Shown piece by piece: positions 41,293-51,611 of a DNA stretch of 64,000 bases (its first letter is position 1; every line of letters begins with the position of its first letter). The translations under genes and the position numbers were made by a program. Origin of the DNA: Aulosira sp. ZfuVER01 (GTDB lineage: Bacteria; Cyanobacteriota; Cyanobacteriia; Cyanobacteriales; Nostocaceae); contig JAVRCV020000073.1 in assembly GCA_034530615.2 (NCBI GenBank), positions 1 through 64,000 of the forward strand, given 5' to 3'. Below the pieces are notes generated by a model. The model did no database searches and was not told the DNA's origin. It saw only the letters and a list, made by a program, of their open reading frames with translations.

Positions 41293-42252
41293 ATGTCATG
41301 GATGGAGTTAAGCCTCGACACCACAAATGAGGCGGTTGATTGGGTGTGTACGTTATTAGCTAAAAATAACTTTACTAATAACATTCATATCAAGAAATAT
41401 ACAGTAGCAGAAAGTGATGAAATAAAACCGAACTGGACATTTACTATCAGCTTCTACCTACCTTATGATAGCCATGCAAATATTCGTGGCTCAGAAATTG
41501 CTAAATTGCTCTCACCATTGCAACGCACAGGAATGGCTAGCGATCTCCAGATGGCTTTAGTTGGAGATAAACCAGCAGATGCAGAACTAGCAAGTTCCCT
41601 CATACACCGAATTGGGCAAAAGTTTGTTGTTCTCTCTGCTGATATGCCATATACTGCGCAAGCAGAAGAAATTACCTTAAGACTGAAATCCAGTTTGGCT
41701 TTTGGTAGTGGTTTACATCCTGCAACCATACTCAGCCTGAAACTGCTTGAGCGTCATATTACCCCCGCCATGAATGTTCTTGATTTGGGGTCGGGTTCTG
41801 GTATTTTGAGTGTGGCGATCGCAAAACTTGGAGCAAATGTTTTAGCTTTAGATAATGACACGATTGCTGTGCAAGCAACTCAAGATGCTGTCTCTCTCAA
41901 TGGAGTAGAACAGCAAGTAATAGCAAAAGAAGGTAGTTTAGGATGTGGTAGCGACTTCGGACACTGGCTGGGTGGAGACTCTATTCATAATGTGCCTACA
42001 GTTGAGGCGCAAAATCAATTTGACTTAATCGTTGCAAATATCCCAGCTAGAATACATATTGCCTTAGCTGCTGATTACCAAAAAGCGCTATGTCAAACCA
42101 ATACACATGGCGGACTAGTAATTGCTGCTGGTTTTACTGTCGATGCTGAAGAAGATTTGGCTGTAGCATTCACTGAAGAAGGTTTTGAGTACGTCGATTG
42201 TGAACGCCAAAATGAGTGGGTTGCACTTGCTTATCAGTTGAAAGCAGAGTAA
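41293..42252 (+). CDS. prmA: Ribosomal protein L11 methyltransferase-like protein (may be a paralog)
   Basis: N-terminal MSWMELS, AFGSGLHPAT, VLDLGSGSGILS, DLIVANI. Confidence 0.8.
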   Translation: MSWMELSLDTTNEAVDWVCTLLAKNNFTNNIHIKKYTVAESDEIKPNWTFTISFYLPYDSHANIRGSEIAKLLSPLQRTGMASDLQMALVGDKPADAELASSLIHRIGQKFVVLSADMPYTAQAEEITLRLKSSLAFGSGLHPATILSLKLLERHITPAMNVLDLGSGSGILSVAIAKLGANVLALDNDTIAVQATQDAVSLNGVEQQVIAKEGSLGCGSDFGHWLGGDSIHNVPTVEAQNQFDLIVANIPARIHIALAADYQKALCQTNTHGGLVIAAGFTVDAEEDLAVAFTEEGFEYVDCERQNEWVALAYQLKAE

Positions 42253-42282
42253 TTTCCAGAGTGGGAGAGTGCGATCGCCTAA

Positions 42283-43617
42283 TTAATTTCGCACCTGAAA
42301 AAACTTTTCGTTAGAACTCTTCACCTTTGATATCCAACCTTTATGCAACTTGAGAATATCTGCATAGGGAATTGTACTTGACGGTATTAAATCTCGCAAA
42401 GGTGGGAAGAAAATCTGAGGAAATAATTTGTTCATTATTCTGGAAAACTTTTCCCTCAAGAGGAACTCTGCAAATAAAATTTTGGATGTCGGAAATACGT
42501 TAGTATCAATTTCCCATAAAGCACGGGCATCTGGTAGGCGGCGAATTGTAAACTGCTCCACAGCATTTGCCCAGTTTTCAGAATACTCATCTAAAAGATT
42601 ATTGAGAATCAGCACATCTTCAAAAGCATTGTTACAACCTTGACCCAGAGATGAAGAAACAGCATGACCCGCATCTCCCATAATTAGCACGCTGTCACCG
42701 TAGTGGTAGCGGTTGCAGCGAGTTCTTAATTGTGTTGAAATCGGTCTTTTGAGGAAAGCTTCTGCTTCTTCTTCAGTGAGTAACTGGCTAACCTCTGGCA
42801 CATTCTGGCGAAAGAATGACATTACCTCTTCTTTACTGGAAAGACTAACTACTTTATTTTTCTTTTTAGGAAAGAAGAGAAGACCAATAAACTTCCCATC
42901 TATCTGGGGAATTGCGCCGAAATTGACACCTTCTTCTATTCTCCAAATATGAAGACAGTTAGATTTTAAGCTCATGCCTGTCTTTTCATTAATACCTGGA
43001 AAGAATAATGTTTTATAGGCAGAGTTGACGTACTTTTGCTCAAATTCAAAAAATTCCGTGTTCATAAAATGCGTTCTTACTACAGAACGCGCGCCATCTG
43101 TACCAATTAATAAGTCATAATTAACGGTAAACTCCTCTTTGTCTTCTGCTAATGCTGGTTCAGTAACTTTTTCAAAGGTTACTGTTTTCTTTTCAAAATT
43201 TATACGACTACACTTACTATTAAAATGAATTCTGAGTTTGCTGTTGTCGAAATTTTCAGTTAGTTGTGACAAAAGAGCAATTACTAAGCTAGTTCGATCT
43301 GTATTAAATGTTGGTTGTTTTTTTAACCAAATCTGTGTCTTACCATTTTTTTTGTGTATGATGTTGGCATGATTCTCTACACACTGACTTTTAACTGCTG
43401 CTTCAAGCCCCTCGATTTTCCTCACAGCACTCAATCCTCTTTCGCTCAAACCATAAGGAATTGTTCTGGAGTTAGAGAGGACAATTTGACGAGGGTCACT
43501 ACGACGCTCATAAATATCAATTTGATATTCACTATCACGACGCAATAAATAATGTGCTAGAAGAACTCCGCAAGGGCCAGCGCCAACTATGACAACTTTC
43601 TTCACTGTTTTCACCAC
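42283..43617 (-). CDS. FAD-dependent monooxygenase (kynurenine 3-monooxygenase-like)
   Basis: IVGAGPCG, IDIYERR, DLLIGTDGARSVVR, MGDAGHAV...GQGCNNAFED. Confidence 0.9.
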   Translation of the reverse strand: MVKTVKKVVIVGAGPCGVLLAHYLLRRDSEYQIDIYERRSDPRQIVLSNSRTIPYGLSERGLSAVRKIEGLEAAVKSQCVENHANIIHKKNGKTQIWLKKQPTFNTDRTSLVIALLSQLTENFDNSKLRIHFNSKCSRINFEKKTVTFEKVTEPALAEDKEEFTVNYDLLIGTDGARSVVRTHFMNTEFFEFEQKYVNSAYKTLFFPGINEKTGMSLKSNCLHIWRIEEGVNFGAIPQIDGKFIGLLFFPKKKNKVVSLSSKEEVMSFFRQNVPEVSQLLTEEEAEAFLKRPISTQLRTRCNRYHYGDSVLIMGDAGHAVSSSLGQGCNNAFEDVLILNNLLDEYSENWANAVEQFTIRRLPDARALWEIDTNVFPTSKILFAEFLLREKFSRIMNKLFPQIFFPPLRDLIPSSTIPYADILKLHKGWISKVKSSNEKFFQVRN

Positions 43618-43689
43618 TATGACTACCAGTGATTACTGTTTCAGTAATTCCAATTATCACAATACCAAATTGTAGGAAACGTCCGCAGG

Positions 43690-43960
43690 CTAAGTTGACA
43701 CACTACCAGCTTGAAAAATCTGTTCGGCGGTTAAATCCAATTCTGGAAAAGTTGGTGATTGGATACTATCTTGACCGCGAAATTTACTTACCCGATACTC
43801 ACCTTCATCCAAACAGCAAACTAAGATAGTAGGTTGTTTAGGTTTCCCAATGAACTCCCTCCCGCCTAAAGCAGCGTAATCTATCGCCTGAATAGGTATG
43901 AACAACTTCGTAGTCAGGACTTCTCAGTCTTAAATTTTCAAGCACTGAAGTGCTTACTAC
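43690..43960 (-). pseudogene. Uma2-family endonuclease, 5'-truncated and frameshifted remnant
   Basis: DYAALGGREFIGKPKQPT...GEYRVSKFRGQDSIQSPTFPELDLTAEQIF is the Uma2 C-terminus; the preceding VVST-x11-DYE motif lies in another frame up to about 43960. Confidence 0.8.
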
Positions 43961-43979
43961 TAGCCTATCAAAATTCAGT

Positions 43980-46529
43980 TTATTTGGGTTCAGATTTTTG
44001 TTGATAAGTTTGTAATAAATATTCGCCATTAAAATGGATGAGATGACTAGCATTTTCAGCAACCCAAACATCTGTTTCCCAGGCAATATCAGCCAAGTAC
44101 TCTACCATAGCTTTACGACTTAAAAAAGTTGTTACCATTACTAGAGGAATTTTGATCTCAGCAAAGAGAGCCTGAAGTTCTTGCTTTCGCTTAGGGTTAA
44201 TTGGTCCGTGAGAAGTTACTGCCTCAATTAAAACTAACCAATTATTTTTTAAGTGATGAATAATTACATCAGGCATTTTACCGTGAGCATCGACAGTAAC
44301 ACCCAAAGCTTTCAATGCATCTTCATTAAAATGTGCGAATTTTTCATCTGTATCGCCAACATAAATTAACCTTCCACCAGGTGTAAACCGGGGTGCAAAT
44401 TCATTAATAATTTTCTCAATTAAAATATTTTGTCCACCGGGAGATAGCGTTTTCATCTCCCCTTCAATCATGATGGGTATACGTGCTAATTCGCGCTCTT
44501 GAGCATATCTTTGTTTTAAAGTTTCAGCTGATGCTAGGTAAGTGTGAATGCTCTTTTCCCATTCAGAAGTTCCATAAGTACGTAATAATTCCAGTACGCT
44601 TTCTTCAATTTGATATACCGTTTTTGGACTATTAATTGGGCGTTCAGGAGCATCTGGATTGGTAATTATTAAAGCTGCATCTAAAAATTGATGAACTGTT
44701 TGGCGGCGAACAGTTTCCCGCGTATTTGGTTTATATGATTTGCCATAGTGCTGTGCCATGAATTCCATTATGGGTGTGATTCCCATTAAAGGAGATGTAG
44801 CAGCAGACCAAGGCTCGGTCGGCTTTAAGTCAAGTAGAGCCAGAAGGGTTAAGGCTGAACGTTCATTAAGTTGTGCCCGTGGAAATCCAAGTTTTATTAA
44901 TATTTGCAGTGCTTCATCAATGCGAGTTTTAATTATTAAGGGGTTGTTTTCAGGCTGATTTGTCATCCTTAGTAGTTCTTGTACAAGTCGATCAATTTCT
45001 TGCTGTGATGGGAAATCTTCCCCAATACTTAATCCCATAGTTATTAACTGCTCTATCGTTGGATATTTTAAATTACGTAAATCGGTTGCATTAACTTGAG
45101 TATGTCCATTAAATAACCGAAAAAATGCGTCTACTAAGCTGGAGTTAAGATAAGCAGCCAGACCGCGTGCTAGGGTAATATCCAGACCCTTTCCATCTCT
45201 ATGAAAGTAATTTAGGTGATTTTCAAAACCTACCCAATCACAGTTAATTCTGTTGGCATCATATACAATTGCAACAACTCGCTTTTTTTCCTCTTTTGCG
45301 GAGAATCGTTTAGTCAAAACATAGTGTTCGTTTGGTACTAACAGAGAAAAAGTTGCTTCCCCATATACCAAAGCTTGGTGTTTTTTAGTTACCTTGGGAT
45401 GTTCAATATATCCTGCTGATAAATTCAATGGATAAATCAAAGGAACAGTGTTTTTTTCTGGGATTAAACGTAGATATTCTTTAGCCCGGAAATCTACAAC
45501 TCGTCCTGTTGAAACATTTAATCCCAAGTCTTTTAATGTGCAGGTAAAATTCGCCATTTGTTGAATAACCTGCTGACTCAAGGTATCTGGAATAATATGG
45601 ATGAATTGTTGCGTGTCGTTGGGATGAACTATCTCCACATAAGATAAGGAATTGGACATCACAAAATCATCATCAGTACTTGAAGATGTGGTGATGAGTA
45701 CATTGTCAAATTTTTGTTTTTGTTTTATGGCATGAATGATAATAGTTTCTTGTAAAACTTCATCATCGCTGAAAGTTTCTTGTCTAGATTCAAAAAGATG
45801 TATCTGCTCTACAGCCATCATTTCCAAAAACATCTTGCGGAAGTCTTTAAAATACGGGCCATTACAGAAACTACGCGGTGAGATAGCTACAAACTCCCCT
45901 CCTGGCTGAAGAAGTTGAGCTGTAGCAGCCATAAAACCTGTATAGAGATTACTAGTTTCTAATCCCAAAGAACGTAATAAGCCACGCACCTGAGATTGAG
46001 CGTTGATTTTTAAATATGGGGGGTTGAGAATGGCGTGTGTAAATCTTAAATTCTCAGGATCATCGAACAAACTAGGCTGAAGTATTCTGACAGCATCTTG
46101 AATAAAGTCCCGATTCCGGATGTAATATTTCAAGGAAATATTAGCTAGTTGACATTCATTAGCACATAATTCTAATGTATGCTGCAAATAGCTAATGAGA
46201 AAAGGATCGATTTCATAGGCAACAATATTTAAATTTGTTGGGCGTTGTTGCTGCTGACAAAGGTAAGCTACAAACGCCGCAATTAATGAACCAACTCCTG
46301 CACCTGCATCCAGTAAAGATATGTGAGTTAGATTCAGCCTGTTAAACATCCCCGCCATCAATTCCGCTACTGGTGCGGGAGTGAAAAATTGACCGAGTGT
46401 TCCCTTGCGTTTTTGCTCTTGTTTTCGGCTGGCAGTAATCCTCAAAAGGTCTACTTCAGCGAGCAAGTTTCTAGTAGAGCATTCTACCAAGCTGTTAAAT
46501 TTCGGTTCTCTACTGGTTGATTGAAACAT
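43980..46529 (-). CDS. Fused type II restriction-modification protein: N6-adenine methyltransferase plus BsuBI/PstI-family endonuclease
   Basis: MTase motifs LGQFFTP, LLDAGAGVG, ILNPPY, KRFSAKEEKKRVVA, FENHLNY, NGHTQVNATDLR; then REase motifs QLNERSALTLLALL, YKPNTRETVRRQT.HQF, HGKMPDV, EAVTSHGP, IAWETDVW in one uninterrupted frame. Confidence 0.9.
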   Translation of the reverse strand: MFQSTSREPKFNSLVECSTRNLLAEVDLLRITASRKQEQKRKGTLGQFFTPAPVAELMAGMFNRLNLTHISLLDAGAGVGSLIAAFVAYLCQQQQRPTNLNIVAYEIDPFLISYLQHTLELCANECQLANISLKYYIRNRDFIQDAVRILQPSLFDDPENLRFTHAILNPPYLKINAQSQVRGLLRSLGLETSNLYTGFMAATAQLLQPGGEFVAISPRSFCNGPYFKDFRKMFLEMMAVEQIHLFESRQETFSDDEVLQETIIIHAIKQKQKFDNVLITTSSSTDDDFVMSNSLSYVEIVHPNDTQQFIHIIPDTLSQQVIQQMANFTCTLKDLGLNVSTGRVVDFRAKEYLRLIPEKNTVPLIYPLNLSAGYIEHPKVTKKHQALVYGEATFSLLVPNEHYVLTKRFSAKEEKKRVVAIVYDANRINCDWVGFENHLNYFHRDGKGLDITLARGLAAYLNSSLVDAFFRLFNGHTQVNATDLRNLKYPTIEQLITMGLSIGEDFPSQQEIDRLVQELLRMTNQPENNPLIIKTRIDEALQILIKLGFPRAQLNERSALTLLALLDLKPTEPWSAATSPLMGITPIMEFMAQHYGKSYKPNTRETVRRQTVHQFLDAALIITNPDAPERPINSPKTVYQIEESVLELLRTYGTSEWEKSIHTYLASAETLKQRYAQERELARIPIMIEGEMKTLSPGGQNILIEKIINEFAPRFTPGGRLIYVGDTDEKFAHFNEDALKALGVTVDAHGKMPDVIIHHLKNNWLVLIEAVTSHGPINPKRKQELQALFAEIKIPLVMVTTFLSRKAMVEYLADIAWETDVWVAENASHLIHFNGEYLLQTYQQKSEPK

Positions 46530-46554
46530 TAAGGTTAATTTTCACCGTACAGAA

Positions 46555-46580
46555 GCGATGCCTAGGGCGGTAAACTACGC
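46555..46580. repeat. HIP1 site interrupted by an 18-nt small dispersed repeat (SDR5-like)
   Basis: GCGAT-gcctagggcggtaaacta-CGC. Confidence 0.65.
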
Positions 46581-46609
46581 ACTTTCTTCTCGAATATTAA
46601 GCGATCGCT

Positions 46610-48121
46610 CTATCCTAAAAACAGCTTATAGGCTGGATTTTTGTTTTCATCCCAATAGCGATAACCGAGGGTATCTAAAAATGCTTGCCACTCTGCCATT
46701 TCGTGCGGTGGAACCTGGATACCTACGACAATTCGCCCGTAATCTGCCCCGTTGTTGCGGTAATGGAACATACTAATATTCCAGTTGGGACTCATAGAAC
46801 CAACAAACTTCATTAACGCGCCAGGGCGTTCGGGAAACTCAAAGCGGTAGAGTAATTCATTATCTGCTAACGGAGAATGCCCGCCAACCATGTGGCGCAG
46901 ATGCAATTTTGTCAGTTCGTCGTCGGTTAAGTCGATGGTTTTAAAACCGCAGCCTTCAAAGGTTTCTCGCATCTTTGTTGCATCGGCACGGTTTTGAATC
47001 TGCACGCCGACAAAAATATGTGCTTCAGTTTCATCGGCAATGCGATAGTTAAACTCAGTTAGGTTACGGTTGCCGATACATTCACAAAATTTCCGCAGAC
47101 TTCCCTGTTCTTCGGGAATGGTAACTGCAAAGATGGCTTCGCGGCGTTCCCCAAACTCTGCCCGTTCTGCAACAAAGCGCAGGCGGTCGAAGTTCATGTT
47201 AGCACCGCAGGCGACGGCAATTAAGGTTTGTCCCTCGATTTGCTCTCGTTCGGCGTAGGCTTTAGCAGCTGCGATCGCCAATGCTCCAGCTGGTTCTAAA
47301 ATCGATCGCGTATCTTCAAATACGTCTTTAATGGCAGCACAGGTGTCATCGGTATCTACCAAAATGATTTCATCTACATACTGCTGACACAAGTGGAAGG
47401 TTTCTTCTCCTACTTCTCGTACCGCTACGCCATCGGCAAATAACCCCACCTGGGATAAGCGCACCCGATGTCCGGCTTTTAGCGATTGATTCATCGCGTC
47501 AGCATCCACTGGTTCCACACCAATAATTTTGATTTCTGGACGCAACCGCTTAACATAAGCAGCAATCCCGGCAATTAATCCGCCACCACCAATGGCCACA
47601 AAAATTGCATGGATGGGTTGTTGGTATTGCCGCAAAATTTCCATGCCGATAGTACCCTGTCCGGCAATTACATCTGGATCATCAAAGGGGTGAATAAATG
47701 TGAGTCCCTTTTCTGCTTCCAGTTGACGGGCGTAGGCATAAGCATCGTCGTAGGTATTGCCATGCAACACCACCTGTCCACCTCGTGCTTTGACTGCATC
47801 CACCTTTACCTGGGGTGTAGTTACTGGCATGACAATAATCGCTTGCGTTCCCAAGCGACTGGCAGCTAGAGCAACTCCTTGGGCATGGTTGCCAGCGGAT
47901 GCCGCAATCACACCTTGGGCTAATAAATCCGGTGGCAAATTTACCATCTTGTTATAAGCGCCACGCAGCTTAAAGGAAAATACTGACTGCATATCCTCGC
48001 GCTTGAGCAACAGCTTATTGTTCAGTCTCCGGGAAAGATTTGGGGCATACTCAAGAGGTGTTTCCTGGGCAACATCATATACACGGGCAGTCAGAATTTG
48101 AACCAGGTAATCGCAATACAT
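46610..48121 (-). CDS. ilvA: Threonine ammonia-lyase, biosynthetic
   Basis: KREDMQSVFSFKLRGAYN PLP lysine motif, SAGNHAQG, IGGGGL, two ACT-like regulatory repeats. Confidence 0.97.
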   Translation of the reverse strand: MYCDYLVQILTARVYDVAQETPLEYAPNLSRRLNNKLLLKREDMQSVFSFKLRGAYNKMVNLPPDLLAQGVIAASAGNHAQGVALAASRLGTQAIIVMPVTTPQVKVDAVKARGGQVVLHGNTYDDAYAYARQLEAEKGLTFIHPFDDPDVIAGQGTIGMEILRQYQQPIHAIFVAIGGGGLIAGIAAYVKRLRPEIKIIGVEPVDADAMNQSLKAGHRVRLSQVGLFADGVAVREVGEETFHLCQQYVDEIILVDTDDTCAAIKDVFEDTRSILEPAGALAIAAAKAYAEREQIEGQTLIAVACGANMNFDRLRFVAERAEFGERREAIFAVTIPEEQGSLRKFCECIGNRNLTEFNYRIADETEAHIFVGVQIQNRADATKMRETFEGCGFKTIDLTDDELTKLHLRHMVGGHSPLADNELLYRFEFPERPGALMKFVGSMSPNWNISMFHYRNNGADYGRIVVGIQVPPHEMAEWQAFLDTLGYRYWDENKNPAYKLFLG

Positions 48122-48204
48122 GAGGGTCAAGGGGGTAGAGATGCCGGATAGATGATAATTTTACGGCACTTCTGTACCCATGACTGCGGGTATTTTAGCC
48201 GTAT

Positions 48205-49089
48205 TTAATTCATCTGAGTAATGGAATTAGTAGTAGCTAATTTTCTGCCGTAGCTAATAATGGCAAAGCCAGTAAAATTCATAAATAAGCCATAAATAGC
48301 GCCAGGAATGGCCATATCTGGATTATTGAGGAGTCCAGCCGTAATGGCGATCGCTAATGTGGCATTTTGAAACCCAACTTCTATGGCTATACATATTTGC
48401 TGAGAAAAATTGAGTTGGAAGAGTTTGCTGAGAAAAAATCCTGCCAGAGTTGATATGAGATTCAACATCACCACCCCTATACCCACTTGCATAATAAATT
48501 CCGGGAGGCGATTCCACTCTTGAATCAAGAGTAGCAAAATAATGATGGCAAGTAAGGCGATCGCTAGGCGATTAGTTACTTTCTCTAAACGCAAAGCCGT
48601 ATCTGTAAACCTCTGGCGGATAAACATCCCTAACCCAATCGGCACCATTGTAATTAGGAATATCTGTACCATTGTCGAACCAATGGGTAGTGCGATCGCT
48701 GCACTTTGCCCTACAAAATGTTGCAGTGCCAGATTAGCAAATATGGGAATAGTAAAAATGGTGATAATACTACTCAACACTGTGAGAGTCACTGACAACG
48801 CCACATCACCAAGGGCTAGATATGTCACCACATTTGACGATACGCCCCCAGGACATAATGCCACGATAATTAACCCCACTGCGATCGCAGGCTGCATGGG
48901 TACAGTTTTAGCAATCAAAAAGCCAATGATTGGTAAAACTATTAACTGGCTGATTAAGCCAACTGAAACTGCTTTTGGATACTTAGTTACCCGTTGAAAA
49001 TCTTCTGGTTGCAGAGATAAACCCATTCCCAGCATGATAAGAGCCAAGGACAGGGGTAAAATCACGTTAGTTAACAAATTTGCTTGCAT
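48205..49089 (-). CDS. Bile acid:sodium symporter family transporter
   Basis: MLGMGLSL, CPGGVSSN, GDVALSV, EVGFQNATLA. Confidence 0.93.
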   Translation of the reverse strand: MQANLLTNVILPLSLALIMLGMGLSLQPEDFQRVTKYPKAVSVGLISQLIVLPIIGFLIAKTVPMQPAIAVGLIIVALCPGGVSSNVVTYLALGDVALSVTLTVLSSIITIFTIPIFANLALQHFVGQSAAIALPIGSTMVQIFLITMVPIGLGMFIRQRFTDTALRLEKVTNRLAIALLAIIILLLLIQEWNRLPEFIMQVGIGVVMLNLISTLAGFFLSKLFQLNFSQQICIAIEVGFQNATLAIAITAGLLNNPDMAIPGAIYGLFMNFTGFAIISYGRKLATTNSITQMN

Positions 49090-49418
49090 AAAGCAATATA
49101 TCCGGGATACAAAAGAAGTTTACATTAGTCTGTCATCCAGCGTATGCAAGTAATTTTAAAAATCAAATCGGGTTGCTATTTCTCTGTCTTTAAGTAGAAG
49201 ATTCATGATGATTTCTTCGCTAGACTCTACACAAAGATAGATTATTTGATATTGGCTGACTATTTATTCCGTTTTGCAAGTATAGGATTACTATCTGAGT
49301 TTTGAAATATACGTAGGGGCAGCCCTGCGTTGGTTTTAGCTTAGTGGCAAAAGCTATCTGGCTAAATTTTCATTGAATAAATTTTACTTATATTTATAAC
49401 TGGGGGAGTGCAATTGCT

Positions 49419-51341
49419 GTGTCTTCGTCAAAAACTTTTGCAGAGCATGTAGACACTCGGACTGCACCTAGTTTCGAGTTTTTGAAAGAAGTAGGTCAAG
49501 TAGCCGGTGTTACTCTCTTATCAATTACTATGCTGGCAAGTTCTGTTCTGGCTGGAGGACTAGTTGGTTTAGCTGTTAGTTTTCGTAATTTGCCAGATGT
49601 CAGACAACTACGAAATTTCTTACCAGAAGAAACAACTTATATTTATGACATTAAAGGTAAGCTTTTAGCAGGTATACATGGGGAAGCCAACAGAAAGATT
49701 GTACCGCTAGATGAAATTTCTCCAAATTTAAAACGAGCAGTATTAGCTAGTGAAGATAGTCACTTCTACAACCACCACGGTATTAACCCCGCCGGTATTG
49801 GACGTGCTGCGTTAGTCAATTGGGCAGCAGGTAGTGTCCGGGAGGGGGGTTCTACAATCACCATGCAGTTGGTGAAAAATATATTTCTATCTAAGAAGCG
49901 TGCTTTTACTCGAAAAATAGCAGAAGCGGTACTGGCAATTCGGTTAGAGCAAATTTTTGGTAAAGACCGAATTTTAGAAATGTACCTCAATCAAGTTTAC
50001 TGGGGTCACAATAACTATGGTGTGCAAACCGCAGCACGAACTTACTTTAACAAATCAGCAGCAAATTTGACTTTAGGCGAATCTGCAATGATGGCGGGTT
50101 TAATTCAAGCGCCAGAGGAATTTAGCCCGTTTGTCAACATGAAACTGGCAAAACAAAAACAAAAAGAAGTGCTGGGACGGATGCTGGAAATGAAATGGAT
50201 TAGCCAGCAAGAATATAATGATGCTCTCCAGCAAAAAATCAAACTTGGGCAAATCAAGTCATTTCAAGGTAGTGCCCTTCCTTATGTCAGCAATACTGTA
50301 GCGCAAGAACTGATTAGAAAGTTTGGGCGTGATGCATTGCTTAAAGGTGGAATGCGGGTACAAACAACAGTAGACGCCAATTTTCAAAAGATGGCAGAAG
50401 AAACTATTAAGAAGTGGCATACAACCCTTGAAGGTCGGGGGTTAAATAAAAATCAAATGGCTTTAGTCGCTATTGATCCCCGCACTCACTTTATTAAAGC
50501 CCTAGTAGGTGGTATAGATTCAAGATCTGGCGAATTTAACCGAGCAACTCAAGCGCTGCGTCAACCTGGATCTTCTTTTAAGCCATTTGTTTACTACACT
50601 GCTTTTGCTAGTGGTAAATTTGCACCAAATACAACGGTGGTTGATGCTCCAGTTAGCTATCGAGATGGTGATGGTTGGTACTATCCAAGGAACTACGATG
50701 GTGGCTTTATGGGCGCAATGCCAATTCGTACTGCCTTAGCATTGTCTCGGAATGTGCCTGCGGTGAAGATTGGCAAAGCTGTCGGCATGAATAAAGTCAT
50801 CGACACCTGCCGTACTTTGGGAATTACGAGTCCAATGGTGGCTGTAAGTTCTTTACCATTGGGTGCAATTGGTGTGACACCACTGGAAATGGCTAGTGCT
50901 TATGCTACCTTTGCTAATTATGGCTGGCAATCACCTCCAACGGCTATTGTCCGTGTGACTGATAGTACTGGCAATGTATTGTTAGACAATACTCCTAAAC
51001 CTCAGCTAGTTCTTGACCCTTGGGCAGCAGCCGCATTAATAGATGTGCTGCAGACGGTAGTGAAAGAAGGAACTGGTAAAGGTGCTGCACTAGATAGGCC
51101 AGTTGCAGGTAAAACGGGTACAACTTCTTCCGAAAAGGATATTTGGTTTATTGGTTCTGTACCGCAGTTAACAACTGCTATTTGGGTAGGAAGAGATGAC
51201 AACAAACAATTAGCCAGTGGTGCGACAGGTGGAGGTATGGTTACTCCTGTTTGGAAGGATTTTATGGAGAAGGCGCTTAAAGATGTACCAGTAATGAAAT
51301 TTAAACCACCTTCTGAGTTTCCTCGACCTAAGCCCAATTAA
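49419..51341 (+). CDS. Class A penicillin-binding protein (transglycosylase/transpeptidase)
   Basis: EDSHFYNHHG, GGSTITMQL, RKIAE, GSSFKP, SRN, KTGT. Confidence 0.96.
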   Translation: MSSSKTFAEHVDTRTAPSFEFLKEVGQVAGVTLLSITMLASSVLAGGLVGLAVSFRNLPDVRQLRNFLPEETTYIYDIKGKLLAGIHGEANRKIVPLDEISPNLKRAVLASEDSHFYNHHGINPAGIGRAALVNWAAGSVREGGSTITMQLVKNIFLSKKRAFTRKIAEAVLAIRLEQIFGKDRILEMYLNQVYWGHNNYGVQTAARTYFNKSAANLTLGESAMMAGLIQAPEEFSPFVNMKLAKQKQKEVLGRMLEMKWISQQEYNDALQQKIKLGQIKSFQGSALPYVSNTVAQELIRKFGRDALLKGGMRVQTTVDANFQKMAEETIKKWHTTLEGRGLNKNQMALVAIDPRTHFIKALVGGIDSRSGEFNRATQALRQPGSSFKPFVYYTAFASGKFAPNTTVVDAPVSYRDGDGWYYPRNYDGGFMGAMPIRTALALSRNVPAVKIGKAVGMNKVIDTCRTLGITSPMVAVSSLPLGAIGVTPLEMASAYATFANYGWQSPPTAIVRVTDSTGNVLLDNTPKPQLVLDPWAAAALIDVLQTVVKEGTGKGAALDRPVAGKTGTTSSEKDIWFIGSVPQLTTAIWVGRDDNKQLASGATGGGMVTPVWKDFMEKALKDVPVMKFKPPSEFPRPKPN

Positions 51342-51417
51342 AATAATTTGTAATTCGTAATTCGTAATTAAATCCTGTTTCCTTGATATAAGGACTGTTG
51401 GAAAGGGCGGGGTTTCC

Positions 51418-51611
51418 CATACGTGTCAACTTAAGCTTAGAAGCATACAGCGTAAGCCTTTGGGGTTCTCTCTCTTAACACCATAAACTTTTGATCCCCC
51501 CTAACCCCCCTTAAAAAAGGGGGGAATTAGAATCTTAGCCCCCTTTTTAAGGGGGTTGGGGGATCAAATATCTCGATCAACAAAGGGTTTCACGTTAAGT
51601 TGACACCAATG
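51418..51611. mobile_element. 194-bp MITE with 18-bp imperfect TIRs and 9-bp target-site duplication
   Basis: Left CATACGTGTCAACTTAAG, right GTTAAGTTGACACCAATG (15/18); GGGGTTTCC duplicated at 51409-51417 and 51612-51620; internal long palindrome 51490-51568. Confidence 0.85.
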
